This document shows, piece after piece, positions 63,815 to 64,000 of a DNA stretch of 64,000 nucleotides. The translations under genes were made by a program, and so were the position numbers. The stretch lies in contig CAUSAC010000005.1 in assembly GCA_963529615.1 (NCBI GenBank), positions 735 to 64,734 on the forward strand, read 5' to 3'. Position 1 is the stretch's first letter, and every line of letters begins with the position of its first letter. The stretch comes from an uncultured Campylobacter sp. GTDB lineage: Bacteria > Campylobacterota > Campylobacteria > Campylobacterales > Campylobacteraceae. The notes below the pieces were generated by a model. That model worked only from the letters and a program-made list of their open reading frames with translations, was not told the origin of the DNA and made no database searches.

Positions 63815-64000
63815 TTATCTTAGTTTAAACGCGCCGTTTTCAAGGCCGTTTACGAGATTATTGACCGCTTCGATGATCGCTAGGCTTAGCACCTTGCCGT
63901 TTAGCGTCGAATCATAGCCCGCAGTGCCGCCGAAACCTAGCACTTCGCGGTTTGATAGCTCATACTCGCCCGCGCCTTGGGTTGAAAAGACCACCTCGGA
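63815..64000 (-). CDS. CsgG/HfaB-like lipoprotein, C-terminal 61 codons only (5' end off the window)
   Basis: My translation is SEVVFSTQGAGEYELSNREVLGFGGTAGYDSTLNGKVLSLAIIEAVNNLVNGLENGAFKLR*. Its position upstream of DUF4810 and DUF799 fits the conserved three-gene cluster. Confidence 0.55.
   Translation of the reverse strand, partial: SEVVFSTQGAGEYELSNREVLGFGGTAGYDSTLNGKVLSLAIIEAVNNLVNGLENGAFKLR

Noticed and set aside
1-64000. tRNA, rRNA, tmRNA, SRP or RNase P RNA genes
   Set aside because: I scanned by eye for T-loop GGTTCGAATCC-type motifs and for conserved SRP, tmRNA and RNase P blocks. The only near-hit (GGTTCGAACTC at about 18092) lies inside rarA. A covariance-model scan is still advisable.

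Overview
This 64-kb window looks like a Campylobacter chromosome segment. Gene order matches C. jejuni and H. pylori: permease-secA-lolA, folD-lepB, ispB-hemA-proS, aspA-dcuA, rpiB-apt-dedA-pepA-ychF. The sequence style suggests the oral C. rectus/showae/curvus group, but that is only an inference. I call about 63 protein genes. Most are housekeeping: secA, valS, proS, hemA, hemC, folD, lepB, lpxD, ilvIH, pta-ackA, aspA-dcuA, metY-rrf2-cysK, metN, metQ, ddh. I found no tRNA, rRNA, CRISPR array, IS element or prophage. Five observations stand out. (1) Intergenic gaps are unusually long (0.4-1.5 kb). Most are built from a small vocabulary of words that all contain the hexamer RAATTY (AAATTT, GAATTC, GAATTT, AAATTC), often as perfect palindromes or hairpins. 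RAATTY is the CtsM methylation motif that licenses DNA uptake in C. jejuni, so this may be an uptake-sequence-like amplification. (2) The same RAATTY-rich, low-complexity DNA sits in frame inside conserved enzymes (rpiB, hemA, ispB, a HAD phosphatase, an LMW-PTP, pta). (3) An AraC-linked accessory island (28.8-34.3 kb) encodes periplasmic detoxification-type enzymes. Two of its promoters share an element of about 65 nt, and a third carries a weaker copy. (4) A Met/Lys-rich MXKDX-repeat periplasmic protein is translationally coupled to a two-component system. An 11-bp tandem direct repeat lies at its promoter. (5) A CsgG-like/DUF4810/DUF799 lipoprotein operon sits next to a secreted PTP-like phosphatase and a DIP1984-family gene. 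Smaller items include an in-frame TGA, possible frameshifted ORFs, an orphan metN, and a GC-rich perfect hairpin. All homology calls come from reading the translations; no database was searched.
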